Shown: one piece after another, positions 13,548 through 27,429 of the stretch | Numbering within the stretch: the first letter of the stretch is position 1 | How the letters are laid out: each line of letters starts with the position of its first letter | Origin: Eledone cirrhosa | Lineage: Eukaryota | Assembly (NCBI GenBank): GCA_964016885.1 | Contig: OZ024740.1 | Location: 92,380,001 to 92,444,000, forward strand | Direction of reading: 5' to 3' | DNA: 64,000 nucleotides | Notes under the pieces: generated by a model | What the model was told of the DNA's origin: nothing | The model's database searches: none | Seen by the model: only the letters and a program-made list of their open reading frames with translations | Position numbers and translations under genes: made by a program

Positions 13548-15502
13548 CACTGGTCAACAGCCAAAATGGTTCTTACATGTGAATATGTGCATCTTACTAA
13601 TTTAATAGCACTAAATTCAGTTTTGATATTCATTTTTTGCTATCGGACCAGAATACCTTAATATGAGATCGAAAATATGTTCCTCGTATTGCATTATTTA
13701 TCCATTGTGTAACATATGATGACTTAGATATAAACATTTTAACTTATTAATAAAAATATATAAACATATTTTTATTTATTTTTTTAACACTTAGTATATT
13801 AACAAAACATTTCTGAACAATATTCTGAACATAGCAAAATATTTCAAAACATTTCTAAACAAATTTCTGGATTTTGCTTTTACGCTTGTTTTTCTGACTC
13901 TCCTCACGTTGCAGTGTCCAGCAGTAGTCGCCCATCATGTTGGGATTGAACCGATCCTGATACCTACTCTCCACTATGAAACCTGGTGAAACCTCTCTCT
14001 CCTAGATTACTTGGGAAGAAATCCAGATGAGAATGGAAGAAATAAAGCTTCAACGACATTCGTGAACCCAGAGCGCGATAATTTTGTATCATGGTTTCAA
14101 CAATTTCTTTATAGTTGTCTGCACGGTGGTTTCCAAGAAGGTTCTGTGTCACATCTACAAATGATTTCCATGCATTAGTCTCCAAAGGGTTTAGTGTTTT
14201 CGTAAACTCACTATCATTAAGCAGCATACGATTCTGAGGACCATTCAAAACCCCTGCTTTTAACTTTGCTTCAGATACCACTCTTACACAAGTACTGAAA
14301 CCCATTACCTGTATGATCCATGCTTTTAATAAAGTTTTTCGCAAAGACTAATTTGAGATGTAATGGAGGGAGGAATACTTTTTCTGGATCCACGAAAGGT
14401 TTGTACAAACAGTTGAATCTACGGGTGCATCCTTTGGTCTTATTGGTCAATCCTTCTTCATGTAGTGCTCTGCATCTGCTCTACTATTCCACAAACATAG
14501 AATACACATATGCTTTGTGTAACCAGTCTGAAGACCTAGAAGTAGACTAATTAAGTTGTTTATGACGATGACGAGCGGTTGTAATGCCGACGCCAGGTTC
14601 CAGCAGGTTTCGTTGCTTCAGTCTTGATCCCAGGAGCTCTGCCTTTTCTTTAGACAAATGTAGGTCTTTAATAAGATCGTGAAGAGCTTCCTGGTTAAAT
14701 GGTATGGGTTCACTTGTCTCATGTTTGTCTTGATAGTCATCATTAATAGGGGTGCTACTGGAATCAGAATCAGAGATTAGCTCGTGTTCAGCAGGTGGAA
14801 CTGGAACAGGTAATTCGTCACTGTGGGGTGCTGGTGGGATTGCTGACGAGATATCGGGGTATTGAAGTGTAGTTCGTGTTTTCACAGTTATGCATTGGAT
14901 GTTTATATGGCAGAAGTAACAATCGTTATTGTGGTCTTTTGGTTCTCGCCACACCATTGGTATGGCAAATGGCAAACCAGAGCTTAGTTTCCCATTCTTC
15001 CATCCACTTAGATGATTAACACATGACCTACACGCTATATGAAGCGCCCATTTCTTGTCCTGGTCTCCTAATGGATATTTGAAGTAGCATTTGTAGTTTA
15101 CTCGAACTGCTTTTGTGATTGGTTTCTTTATGCTTTCTGGGGTAAAGGGTCCACAAATATAGCAAAATCGGTCCGGGTCATTTACACATTTCCGGCGTTC
15201 AATCTCTCCCACTAGTCAAAGTTGTGAATTATCCAAGAATAGTTGAGCATAGTTACAATTCTGTGATCTAAAACAAAAGCAGTAAATATAAATTAGTTAA
15301 CAACTAAATATAGTGGATACAATTGGATGAAGTAATATGAGCCACATAGCTATGGGTCATAAACATGGATATGCTGGTTCTTGAAAACTAGACCCGATAC
15401 AGCTTAACCGTTGTCATATTCAGATTCTGCACACTTGGTTACCCTAGAATCATACTAAATTATACCAGAACCATGAAATGAATATTGTTTTGTTGATTAG
15501 TG
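13548..15502 (-). mobile_element. Chapaev3-type (CMC superfamily) DNA transposon, both termini present, transposase disrupted
   Basis: Termini CACTGGTCAACA..TGTTGATTAGTG (CAC..GTG); exact 3-bp TSD TAA at 13545-13547 and 15503-15505; transposase motifs CYICG..DQDKKWALHIACRSC..PMVWREP..DCYFC and MSLKLYFFHSHLDFFP.NLG. Confidence 0.85.
13860..15212 (-). pseudogene. Chapaev3-type transposase, frameshifted and internally deleted
   Basis: ORFs 14547-15212 (N-terminal zinc-binding domain) and 13964-14344; the C-terminal segment DRFNPNMMGDYCWTL reads in another frame near 13900-13960. Confidence 0.82.
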
Positions 15503-15669
15503 TAATCAGATCTGAAATGATTTTTCATCTAACATTCACAACTTCATTAGGTGTGCAAAATCTTCCAGAGAATTTATGTTTGAAAATTCTCCTTATTTGA
15601 TAATAGCGCATGGACACACCATTTTCTTTTATTAAATCACCTATGTACGAATTATATATATATATATAT

Positions 15670-16970
15670 TTGGATCTATAGGGGGATCTCACTGACGTCA
15701 ATTGTGGTAAAGACCCTAAACAGGATGATTCTTAACAGGATCCAGCCTGAGATGGACAAGAATCTCAGGGACAACCAGAACGGCTTTAGAGAGGGAAGAT
15801 CAACCACCAGTCACATCCTGATGCTGAGGAGGATATTAGAGGGAGCTAGAGCAAAGTGCCATCCTGCGGGCATAGTTTTCATTAACTTTAGGAAGGCCTT
15901 TGATTCTGTGAACCGTCCCTGTCTGATGAAGATCTTACAGGCTTATGGAATCCACAAGAAGGCAGTGGACCTAATATCACTGCTCTACACCAACACCAAA
16001 GCCCAAGTCATTACACCTGATGGGATGACAGAGTTCTTTGAGATACTGGCTGAAGTCTTCCAGGGAGATACATTGGCGCCCTAACTTTTTATCATCGTAA
16101 TGGACTACTGTATGCGCCTTGCACTGGAGAAAAACCAGGACTCTGGCTTTACTGTAGCACCGGCTCAGAGCAGGAGAGTTAAGGTGAAAGAGATATCAGA
16201 TGCTAAATTTGCCGACGATATAGTTTTGGTGACAAATACAGTGAAGGAGGCAGAAGATTTGATGCAGGAGATTGAGACTGTGTCTATGAGTGAGGGGCTG
16301 AGAATGAATGATACTAAAACAAAATATATGGTAGAGAACGTTGAGAAGCCAGAGGGGATCACCAATGTAGGCGCGAAGCCGCTAGAATTGGTTGAGGACT
16401 TCCTGTATTTGGGAGCAAAGATTGGGTATACCTAAGATGATGTGGTTGAGAGGAAGAGCAAAGCCTGGGCGGCGTGCCACAGTTTGAGATCGGTGTGGAA
16501 GTCAGACCTTTGTAAAGACCTGAAAATCTGCCTCTTCATTGCTGTAGTGGAGTCTGTGCTGCTGTACGGTTTAGAGACTTGGACACTGACCAAGAAACTC
16601 ACTCAGATGGTGGATGGGTGCTACACGAGAATGCTGAGGATGGCTCTGAACATTGATCAGTATACACTGAGGATGAAAAACTCAGAGCTGTATGGGGGCC
16701 TCCCAAAACTCAGCTCAAAAGTGACACAGAGGAGATTGAGGTTAGCTGGACATGCTCACCGACATCCACAGTTGACATTGCACTCAGTGCTCCTGTGGGA
16801 GCCCCTACATAGACACACTGAAAGAGGAAGACCAAGGTTAACGTATGTTGATGCCCTAAGGACAGACACTGGTCTGTTGGAGACGCAGGACATGGCAGCG
16901 ATAATGAAGGACAGAGGCCGCTGGAAAGAACTCGTCCATGGATCTCGGGAATTTAACCCGCCCTAGAAAA
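15670..16970 (+). mobile_element. 5'-truncated RTE-like LINE (RT region and C-terminus) with premature stops
   Basis: ORFs 15704-16084 (NQNGFREGRST, F.KAFDSV, QGDTLAP), 16100-16435 (FADDI, FLYLG) and 16442-16966 (LLYGLETW, RRLRLAGH, GRPR); sits between (TA)n and (TG)n. Confidence 0.88.
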
Positions 16971-16971
16971 A

Positions 16972-16989
16972 TATGTGTGTGTGAGTGTC

Positions 16990-17027
<38 letters not shown>

Positions 17028-17028
17028 G

Positions 17029-17062
<34 letters not shown>
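16972..17062. repeat. (TG)n(TA)n microsatellite
   Basis: Direct reading. Confidence 0.95.
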
Positions 17063-17066
<4 letters not shown>

Positions 17067-18850
17067 TAAATCAAGAATATTTTCTCGTTAACTTTAAGGA
17101 TGCATTCCTATAGTGTGAATTTGGAAAATTATTCCTTAAAATCATATCTCTGTTATTGCAATATTATAAACATTTTGCCAAATTCTCTCTAGCTGCTGCA
17201 ATCCTAAATTGTATTCTTTACTTGATTTCACATTTACGTTATTGATCTTTTCAAATGTTTATTTAATAAAACTTTTTCTGCATCTTACCTGCTGTTTCCA
17301 TTAAATTGGCTGCATTCTATAGTTGTTGTTCGTTATAATTAATTTTCAGAACAATTTTCCATTCGAAATATAATTCCAGTTTTGTAGAATGATGTTATTA
17401 AACTAATGTCCCCGTAGATTTTCTCACCTACTTTATCGTTTCCCTGGCAATCTTCAAATACTTCCATCATTACATATAGAAAGAATGAAACATTTCTGTG
17501 AAATAATGTACTCTATTATGCCAGAGCCCATTCCTTAACCCCAATTGTATTTTGCATCTACAATAAAGCTGATAATTTGCATATTTCTTTATTGATTTTA
17601 AAGATTGTAATAGTCCTACTCTGAAACTATATTCTGTCAGAATTATCTCTAATGGAAATGGTTACATTTTCAAACAAACATACACAGTGAAAATCATTTA
17701 TTCATCCAGATATGGAATAATAAATGCAACTGCGTCTCAAAAAGGTTTTCCTTGCACAATTTATACATAATACACAAGGGTTCGTTTGAGCAGTGATCCA
17801 ATTATATATCGTATATATATTTGCCTTCATATATATTCTGTTGTTCACTGGATATCGTCTGATAATATATCTATAGGAACATTTTATAGGGATAAATTCT
17901 TCAAACTATATATATAGAGAGAGGTAATAAATAATAATATCATAAAAATATGATCAAAATGGATTATGCATACGAGTTTCAAAAATCCTTATATACAAGC
18001 ATAATTTCTTCTATATTAATATAAGAAATACGTGCGTAGTGTGAAATAGTAAGTACTACATTTGCATTTAATAATATGAGATTAAATTTTCTGAATATCA
18101 TATCAGTTCATGTTCACAAAAAAATTAGTCGTATTACAAGTTACATATACTTTTATTTGTCTTTATCTCGATACATTTTAAACGTGTTATGTCAAAAGGA
18201 GGCAATCAATTCAGACAGTCTTTGCTTAATGAATATTTAATTTTCGTTACCAAATATTTGCAGAGGTATCTTTTGATATTAATTTCAAAGAGAGTCATAA
18301 AACTGCACTTCATTCAATGAATCCATTAATTGCAATTCAAATATGTTTAATGAGAGGAAATATGTTACATCGTTCCAGTCTCATCCATAGTATTTCAAAG
18401 TTTTCGAACTTTAGAAAATACCAATGTAGACATACTATATATTTTAATGCTTCAATAAATAGATTTACTGTTGTCTTTTTTTTTTACATCATTACCACCA
18501 TATATTTTCATCGTTTTCAGATAGCTTTTGATAATCCACTTAACTGCCAGACTCTTCACGTATATAATCTTTTATGGTAGACGACAATCACCTCCTTTGC
18601 AATTTAAATCGTGCTAACTTTTGAACTAATCACTTCACAAACTCTGGTAGCTAACTTATTTGATCTTAATTATCTGCTCTCGATATATCCAAAATATTTC
18701 ATCACCCAGAAGGAAACTTTCATGTCTAATTTAATTATATATATAAACCACTTACATACTTCAATTAAACTCAACATATTCAGCCACTATATATATATTA
18801 TTCATTTTCAGTTTATGTCTTTCATGAATATATTCAGCAATCTGTTATGC

Positions 18851-19216
<366 letters not shown>

Positions 19217-19218
<2 letters not shown>

Positions 19219-19780
19219 TATGAATAAAACAACAGGATGCTGGACTGGTATAAATCCTTGAACAGTTTATTATACTATGATCGTTTCAATGACCGGGTTC
19301 CGTATGAATCCGGTGATATCGTCAGGTATTCGAAATGTAACAAAGGAATATATAAAAATTCCTGGGCCCGAAAATCAGAGACAGAGAGGACAACTGGCCA
19401 ACTAGCTGTTTTCACCTCGTCAGTCGGTGGGAGACTGACCGAGGTGAAAACAGCTAGTTGGCCAGTCGTCCTCTCTGTCTCTGATTATCGGACCCATGGT
19501 TTTTTATATATTCCTTTGTTATATTTCGAATACCTCACGATATCACCGGATTCATACGGAACCCGGTCATTGAAGTGATCATAGTTTAATAAACTTTTCA
19601 AGGATTTATACCAGTCCAGCCTCCTGTAATTGTATTCATAATAGTTAACTCCGTGTTCGCATCACCAACTACACAAAAGAAGACGGGTGAACTGATCTAC
19701 GTTGAGTACTTTCCATAATATTGCATCAAGATTGACCATACAGAACGACCAATTCTATCCGATGGTAAACCAACAAACCT
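19217..19780. mobile_element. Non-coding palindromic element (~210-bp arms), probably PLE pLTR-derived
   Basis: 19217-19425 is the near-perfect reverse complement of 19433-19642, with a loop of about 7 nt. The right arm continues to (TA)n at 19780. The minus strand of the left arm carries hammerhead-like CTGACGA...GAAACGATC. Confidence 0.75.
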
Positions 19781-19821
19781 ATATATATATATATGAATGA
19801 AAATAGACCGAGAAACGGGAC

Positions 19822-20402
19822 TGTCTATCATCAGTGATCTGCTGACCATCATTGGTATGTCTTCACATTAAAGACCAGATTTCTCAAAATCAGAGCGAGC
19901 AATAACTAAAATAAATTATTGGGACAGAACGAATTGGATGGGAAAAGAAGGACAGTAAACAAAAAACATAGTAGTAATGCAACGTAAAGAGAGGAAAAGA
20001 GAGACAAGTCAATGATACTTTAGGACTTAAGTCTGAACAAATCAATCGAAAAGAAGAGGCAGACACGTCCGAACCACGCGAAAAGTGAGAGAAAAGAGGA
20101 TTTCGCACAGGTCAGACAGGAGGAAGTGAGAGGGGGGAGTATCAGAGAGTGAGTGAGTGAAAGTGTGAGGAAGAGGCCAGCCGAGAGAGTGTGTGACCAG
20201 CAGAAGGACTGAATGAAATTGTGTGTTGGTAACAGATGTGTACCGTTTGGTGACCAGAGATAAAATATAAACTCAATACGTTAATAGAATATATGTTTCT
20301 TTGTTTCATATAGAACACATTTCTACAGGACTTGAACTGTTTCATTCGGATTATTTCCTGGAGATTTCATACGAAGGACATTCTTTGGTGGGTCGTGTGG
20401 GC
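19822..20402 (+). mobile_element. Possible degraded LTR followed by a primer-binding site
   Basis: Purine-rich segment ending ..GAAGGACA (20380), followed after 5 nt by TGGTGGGTCGTGTGGGC, which resembles a tRNA-complementary PBS. No second LTR and no gag/pol seen. Confidence 0.25.
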
Positions 20403-21099
20403 ATAGTCCAGAAGCATTCCTTCCAGTGGTCCCTCTCAAAAGCACCCTCCATCATTATATCCCGCTGGAGCTCCAAGTAAGACCGCTCGATATCATGGAT
20501 GTTATACAAACATCTTTGTCATGGCATACACTAGGCTCTCCTCCTTTCGGTTGGTTTAAACCTTAAAATCTTTCACGATATTCTTTTAGGAGACTTTCTA
20601 ACCTCATGCTTGTAGTATCGGTGCTGTGATCTCAGAGCAATGCATCCTATCGAGTAACGGTATTCCATAGTCCCTTCAGAGGTATCTTATTTTGACCGCT
20701 TAATACGATATTTTATTTTTTTAGCGATTATACATGAGTCATGACCAGATTTTAAGTTTGGCACGAATACTGAACTGAAGATAGGGGTTGTGCCATTTAC
20801 ACAAACGTCCTCTATTCTGATTAGCGAATGTCGGAGCTGGCACATTACTGCTCTAAATCCTGCAATTCATGCCAACACTTCCCAACGTATCCTAAATGTC
20901 AACATGAACCTGCCAGTCTTGTGGTTTCTCTTGTAAATATTTAGAGGGTCATCAGTTGAAAATCAAACCTTATTTTAACGTCACCATCCATCACAGCAAT
21001 AAAGCAATCTGAGAGAATAACAATATAAATGTGTATCTCTGCCGCTGCTTCCCTGTATATCATATATATGTATGAATGCATTTCTAATTGAAGGTTTTC

Positions 21100-21760
21100 A
21101 TTATAAATAGAACATTACTAGAATAAAATGCCTCTAAATGTGTGTATGAATTGGGATTAGAGTTTCCTCGAAGCACTCATTTTCCTGTCAGGTGGTCTGT
21201 GTCAAAATCATTACTGCAGTCTGCCACCAGGATATATACATCAATCTTAGTTATATCTAAGGCAGGAGTGACTTCATCAAGGAAGGACCTGCATTCACGC
21301 ATTGTTTGGTGCATAGATGTGCACCACACGGAGAGACAACTTTAAATATATGCGTCAAGGGAAGGATCCTCCCTCCTAATGGGTTTAATCCATAACGCAT
21401 TCACACAGCTGGAACTTGCGAATATTTGCACTGCCACCTGTGTACTCATGGTGATTGTTCCACATCTGAGTAATTGGATTTCCATCCTTTGTTCAAATTA
21501 ATTTAGTGTCCCAGAGCAACAGAACATTTTAGAGGAAGCGCTACCTATATTTGGCTGATAGCAACTAGCCTCCTCCATTTGCTGCTGATCCTTACCTGTA
21601 CATGTTATGATGTTCCAAGTTCCAATGATTGCGGTTGGCTTCTTTCTGAACCATACTTCTTGTCTCGGGATAGGCAATCTCTCTACTTGCATCCCAAGAT
21701 TCGCCGAAAATATTACAGTGCCATCGCTAGTTTCACACAATGTGATGGACACCACTGCAA
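21100..21760 (-). mobile_element. Old LINE fragment (APE endonuclease N-terminus)
   Basis: ORF 21498-21755 contains IIGTWNI, resembling the IGTWNV start motif of RTE-type APE endonucleases. Confidence 0.4.
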
Positions 21761-22352
21761 TATATATTTCGAATATATTTCTATCTATGACCTGAACACA
21801 TCCCTTGTTAATCTACCCATGGGTCACTGCCTTTGCTGTGTTTATCTATATTGCATTTTTCTGGTATGATTATTCGCACAAGTCACCAATTTGGTACCTT
21901 TCTCAAGGAGAGTTTTCTTGTATACTAATGACGTCATCCATTGCCCCTCTCCTCTAATGTTATACCGTTGTTTTCCCCGAAAATGTCAAATCGAACAATG
22001 TGCATTTCTGGAAGACCTGCCGTCACCAGTACATAATAATCCTCCCTTTCCTTGCCACTGACATATTCCAAATGAAAAGCGAAATCCGATACAACGTGGA
22101 ACCATTAATACCACAACTCATTTCTACAGATGAGGTAAGTGGAGTAATGTGAAATAAAGTTGTTTTTTTTTAAATCGCAACGTTGCAAAACCTGTGTGAT
22201 ATAGTTTGAGGGAAGTGGTAATTTGAGCATGTGTGTGCTTTTATATCTTTCTTACCCCTCTCATTCAAACACATCCACTTTCTAGATGCTCATTCGCTTA
22301 ACAAATGTTATTGATAGCTATCTGCAAAACATTAAGTTTCTGTATGTTTACA

Positions 22353-22545
22353 GGGCCGTGAATTGGCAGTGTTGGTAGAGGGTTGGACGCCATGCTTTGA
22401 TGAATAGAGTTACAGCCCTTGCCATTCTGAGTTCAAATGGCGCCTAGGTTAACTTTGCCTTTCATCCTCACGAGGTCGACAAAATAAAGTACCAGTAATG
22501 CACTGGGATAATTGCTGGCCTTGTGCCAAAAGTAGAAATAATTAA
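22353..22545 (+). mobile_element. tRNA-derived SINE with Nin/Deu-type core
   Basis: GAGTTCAAATGG..ACTTTGCCTTTCATCCTCACGAGGTCGACAAAATAAAGTACCAGT; colinear with 63795-63985. Confidence 0.85.
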
Positions 22546-22791
22546 GTTTCTGTATGTTTATCTGTCCAATTATCTACTTACATACATATCTGTTTACCTC
22601 TCTGTCAATTCTTTTGATATTTCTGTATCTGTGTTTATTAATCTTTCTCTATTGCTATCTATATGTATGTCCATCTCTTTATTTCTCTCCCACTTCCTCT
22701 CTACATCTATACATATATTTCCCAATATGTCTATTGCCACTTGAGTAACAATAACAAAGTATATACGCCAGAAATGGCAATGAGTGTTCGA

Positions 22792-22842
<51 letters not shown>

Positions 22843-23420
22843 AAAGTTCTATTTAAATTGTTGGGATACAACAAGCAAATATCTTTATTACTGATATAAA
22901 GCACTCAACAAGTATTTGGAGTAAAGATACGATATTAACAAATGGAAACTATATTTATAAAACCATATTTATTTTATCATACATATTTCAAGGACACCAC
23001 GATAAATTATGGTGTGCTTTCATCAGACAAAATGCAATATAGATCAGTTTTATAAATAAATATTGACATACCCTTAAAAAATGCAACGATTACTGTGCAG
23101 GCTGGAGCACTCGACGCAGTGCACTGGTTGGTTTGGTTACTCCGGAGAAATGTAAAATAAAGTAAAATATAATGTCAAATGTTTAAAATTTAGCTTCGTT
23201 TATTACTGCTATATATATTTCGGTGACCGCCGTCATTGGTTGTGACCTCTCAGGCAGTCCGAATTAGTGTGGTATAGACAAGTACATATGTTGTTGAGGT
23301 GTATAATTTTGTCAATACTCTGATATGCCCAGCTCCTGGTTGGATTGTTATTTCACTGAGGAACTGGAATCATATGTTAAACGAAGCTACATTTTAAACA
23401 TTTGACTTTTTATTTTACTT

Positions 23421-23486
<66 letters not shown>

Positions 23487-23491
<5 letters not shown>

Positions 23492-25377
23492 TACTTGGGG
23501 AGGGGAATATTTATGTAATATTGCCAGAATTAATAACAGAACACACTCACTGTTTGGTTGGTTTTCGCTTCTCGCTGTCTTTTATATCTGCGATCTAACT
23601 TAATCGGTCCTCAATGTTGCCAATGACTGACCGACGGTCAAAAATAATACAGATACAATATAGACACAAACACATATATATAGTTTACAGAATTTACATA
23701 AATCTTTCGTTGCACATCTGCAAAATCGTCAGTGGTGTTATATTTTTTCCTCCTGTTGTGTTGTAAGTCTACGCCATTTTTTATTCAGTCTGTCTATATA
23801 TTTATTTATTTATTTGCTTGTGTGTTTATTTTATGTTGTCTTCTTTGCGCATGCGTTTGCGTGTGTGTACAGTGTTGTGTGTGCTGTGTGACTAGTGTGT
23901 ATAGTATTGTGTCTGTGGGTGACTAGTGTGTATAGTATTGTGTCTGTGGGTGACTAGTGTGTGTTTATGTGCTTGTTGTTATTGTGCTTGTGTATGTATT
24001 TATTTATCTTATTTTATTTTATTTTATTTATTTACTTATTTATACGTCTCTTAGGTCAGTGTTGTTTGTTTGGGTGTTGTTGTTGTTCCACTCATTCTTT
24101 CTGTTTAGCTTTGGTCTTCTAATTTCTATTTCACTGGCCTCTCTGATTTGCCTCTCTGCTGGGTCATTCCTATGTTTAGATATTATTCTAATTTCTATGT
24201 TGTCTATGTTACCCTCATGTTTTTGTCTAGCATGTTCGTATAGTACTGACCGGTTTTTTCGTCCTTTTAGTTCCCCCCAGTGTTGGTCTATCCTTTCACC
24301 TATGCTACGAGCTGTCTCACCTATGTATGTTGTTGTCATGTTTCTGCAAGTACCCTCTGTACATATTATGCTATAGACTACGTTTCTAGTTTTACAGTTT
24401 ATCCGGGGGTTCACCTTACATATGATACATTTCCTATTGGTACAGTGGGTTTTCTTAAAAGGGTAGGTTTTGCTGATCAGGGATTTTATGGTGGTTCCTG
24501 GCTTTTCAACCACCATTATTTTTAAGTGGGTCTTTCTCAGGGCCTTTCTACACTGGTTAGCTAATTTCCCTCCATTGGTGGCGTCCACAAACATGACACT
24601 CTGATATCTCTGGTTGTCGTACCATGATGTGGCCTTCCCTATCTTATGTCTAGCCCTATCTAAGCTATTCCATGATTTGCTCCTGTATAGTGGGCAAATT
24701 CCTTTCATGTCCAGTTCTATGAGGGTCTTATACTTTTCCATGGCTCCTTCGTATACTCTGACTCTGTCTCTTTGGTTGTAGCCAGAAAACTGCATGCGGT
24801 TGATGAAGTGTTGGATGTGTCTTTCCATTTCTGTTGGGTCGCACATACTGGACACATTCTTCATCACTCGTACCAAATCTGCGATCAGAATATTAAACTT
24901 AGCACTACTGGACATTGCTTAGTTTTTGAGTATCAGGTATTTCGAGGCCATGGGTTTAGCATAGTGTGAGTGGAGAATTTGGACTCTCTCGTCTATAGTG
25001 TTAATCCAGAGTTCTGTGTCTAATACAGGTAGTCTATTGTTAGGGTGTTTGGAAGGGAAGTCGATAGTTACAGTTATACTCTTGTGTATGGAATTAGCTA
25101 TCTGCTGGATGCTTTCCATCGTGCTACGTTCTAAATCAAACTCGTTAGTGCTCTCTAGTGGGGGTGTTCTTATAACTATATTAATATCGTCTACATAACG
25201 AGAGTACATGATGAGGTCTATGGAGCTTTCATTAAGGAGATCTTTAAGTCTCCTTTCCCACCATACCATGAAAAGGTTGGCAACATCACCAGCTATGCTG
25301 ACGCCGATGGCCGCTCCCTCATTTTGGGTGTAGATTTTCTCATTGAACTTAAATATGTGGCCCTTAATTCATCGCCG

Positions 25378-25378
<1 letters not shown>
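23487..25378 (-). mobile_element. 5'-truncated Penelope-like element (family P2) flanked by (TA)n on both sides
   Basis: ORFs 24919-25269 (RYVDD) and 24040-24915 (NVVYSIIC..YIGETARSIGERI..H..RQIREASEI, GIY-YIG); 3' pLTR 23487-24040; highly similar to 58650-61606. Confidence 0.92.
23695..23740 (-). ncRNA. Hammerhead-ribozyme motif in P2 pLTR
   Basis: Minus strand reads ACCA-CTGACGA-TT-TTGCAGATGTGCAA-C-GAAA-GATTTA. Confidence 0.65.
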
Positions 25379-25426
<48 letters not shown>

Positions 25427-25427
<1 letters not shown>

Positions 25428-26321
25428 GAGGTGTGTCAGAGAAGTTCCAGGACTGATGTCAAAAAAGATTTATTTCAAACCAAATTTCACACTAAGAGTT
25501 TTCTCCTTCAAATAATCCTCCGGAAGTCTAATGCACTTTTCCATCCTTTTCTGCCACGCTTACATGCCCTCCTGCAAGAATTCTTCCGGGATCCTCCGCA
25601 GTTCCGTGGTCACGGCGTTTTTGATGTGGTCCACGTTTTCAAAACATGTCCACTCCGGGTCTTACTCGAAAATCCATGATTCATCACCGGTGATGACAGT
25701 CCCTAGCAAGTCTGGATCGGTTTCAAGGCGCTCGAGGATGTCCTGGCACACTTGCATGCGTCGACCCTTCTGGTCATCGTTCAGCAGTTTTGGCACCATC
25801 TTCTCGCAGACTTTCCGCGTGTCCAAATCTTCAGTGAGAATCCACCAGAAGCTGTCCCATTTCATGCCCAGCTCATTTGCCATCAGTCGAACAGTCAGTT
25901 GACGATCGCTGCGCACCATCTGCCTGAAGCGCTCAACGTTGACCTCAGTCCTGGTTGTTGAGGGCCTTCTGCTCCTGGGGTCATCTTCCACGTCCTCGCG
26001 TCCTTCTTTAAACTTTTTGCACCACTCAAAAACACGTGATGTTGCCATCGTCTCATCTCCATACACTTGCAGCAGCGGAGTTTTCCCCAACCGTGCCTGA
26101 AACTTCAAGTTGTTCGTTGCTCTGTGCTCATTGCTTCACGACCTGGAAAAGAGAACATGTATATAAAATTATGAAGAAAAAAGTTTGATCGCTGCAGAGA
26201 GCTAAGATTACAGTTACATACTCCAGGGGGATACTTTGAAGGAGAAAACTCTTAGGGTGAAGTTTGGGTTTGAGATAAATATTTTGTGACATCAGTCCTG
26301 GAACTTTTCTAACACACCTCG
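25427..26321 (-). mobile_element. Mariner (Tc1/mariner) element, internally deleted, with extended inverted ends
   Basis: TIR CGAGGTGTGTCAGAGAAGTTCCAGGACTGATGTC and its inverse, flanked by TA. ORF 25662-26108 has the mariner N-terminus (VFEWCKKFKEGREDVEDDPRS.RPST) and ITGDESWI. The C-terminal part follows directly, so the central catalytic region is deleted. Confidence 0.92.
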
Positions 26322-27429
26322 TATATATATATATATGAATATTTAGAGAGCTCGTTCGTTCTAATTTATTCGATATATGTTAGAACATGTTTAAATGAAA
26401 TATGGATAAAAATTGTTGTAATTGATTTGAAAGAATGTTAACTGAAAGACGGCAATGTCCGGAGAGAGTGGAGTGTGAATATCAAGGATAATCGAGGATC
26501 CAAACATTTTCACATATAATGTAATGTTTCAAGATTATTTTACCCCAGAAGAGAGAACAGAATTTGGAGCTTCTAATCATCTCTTTGGCAAGGAAATATA
26601 AAAGATGTGTGATCCTGAATAGATCAAGGTTCGACAATCTTCACCTCATGCAATATATAATATTGAGGTTAAGTTTGAAACTTGGTTCCGTTTATGCTCT
26701 TCTCAAACTTAATTAACCGAAGTGGGGAAATCGAGAATGAAACTTTCATTTTATGTTAGTTGTATTACAAAATGTGTACCCTTTCATATGGACTACAAGG
26801 ATATTTCAATTTTTCCGTAAAATGTAGTTTCTAACGTCTGGCTTTTAGCAGATAAAGATCAACATATAATTTGTCTCGTGATTGTTTTGTGGATGAGTTG
26901 TGGAAGTACAGTAAATGTTCTGCCCTGTGTCTATACAGTTTTCCCGACTTCTCCCATCTTGATATGTATAATTACCAGCGACAAAATGCTGCGTTATTGT
27001 TGATATCGATGACGTTGGTGTCATTAGTTGTGCTAGGATTTGTGCGGCTGTTAGGATTGGTGTTGTTTGGATTTAATATAAGGAGGTTTTCGCTAAAATT
27101 CTTTTAAATATTATGAATGTTGTCGCATTTCTCAAATACTTTTTGTGGTGGTGGCGGGTGTGCTGATCGGATGGATTCCCTTGTTGGTTTCAGTGTTGTT
27201 GATGTTATTGCTTTTATTAGTTTTTATTTTATTTTTATGTTTTTGTAGGTGCTGATGTCTGTATGATAATTTTGTTGATTTCTACTGCTGGTTGTCACTG
27301 GTTCAGACGCCGAGTCAGTTAGCGGTCACCTTAATCTCTTAAATCGGAGGATCAGCTATCCATTCTTAAGAGAAATAATGATAATATTATGAGAAATAAT
27401 AAGAATGGTATATTCTTATTATCATTTAG

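Noticed and set aside
17288-17560. Exon-like segment on the minus strand (acceptor TTGTAG, donor GTAAGA)
   Set aside because: All three frames contain stops and I recognise no protein. It may be a non-coding or pseudo-exon but cannot be supported.
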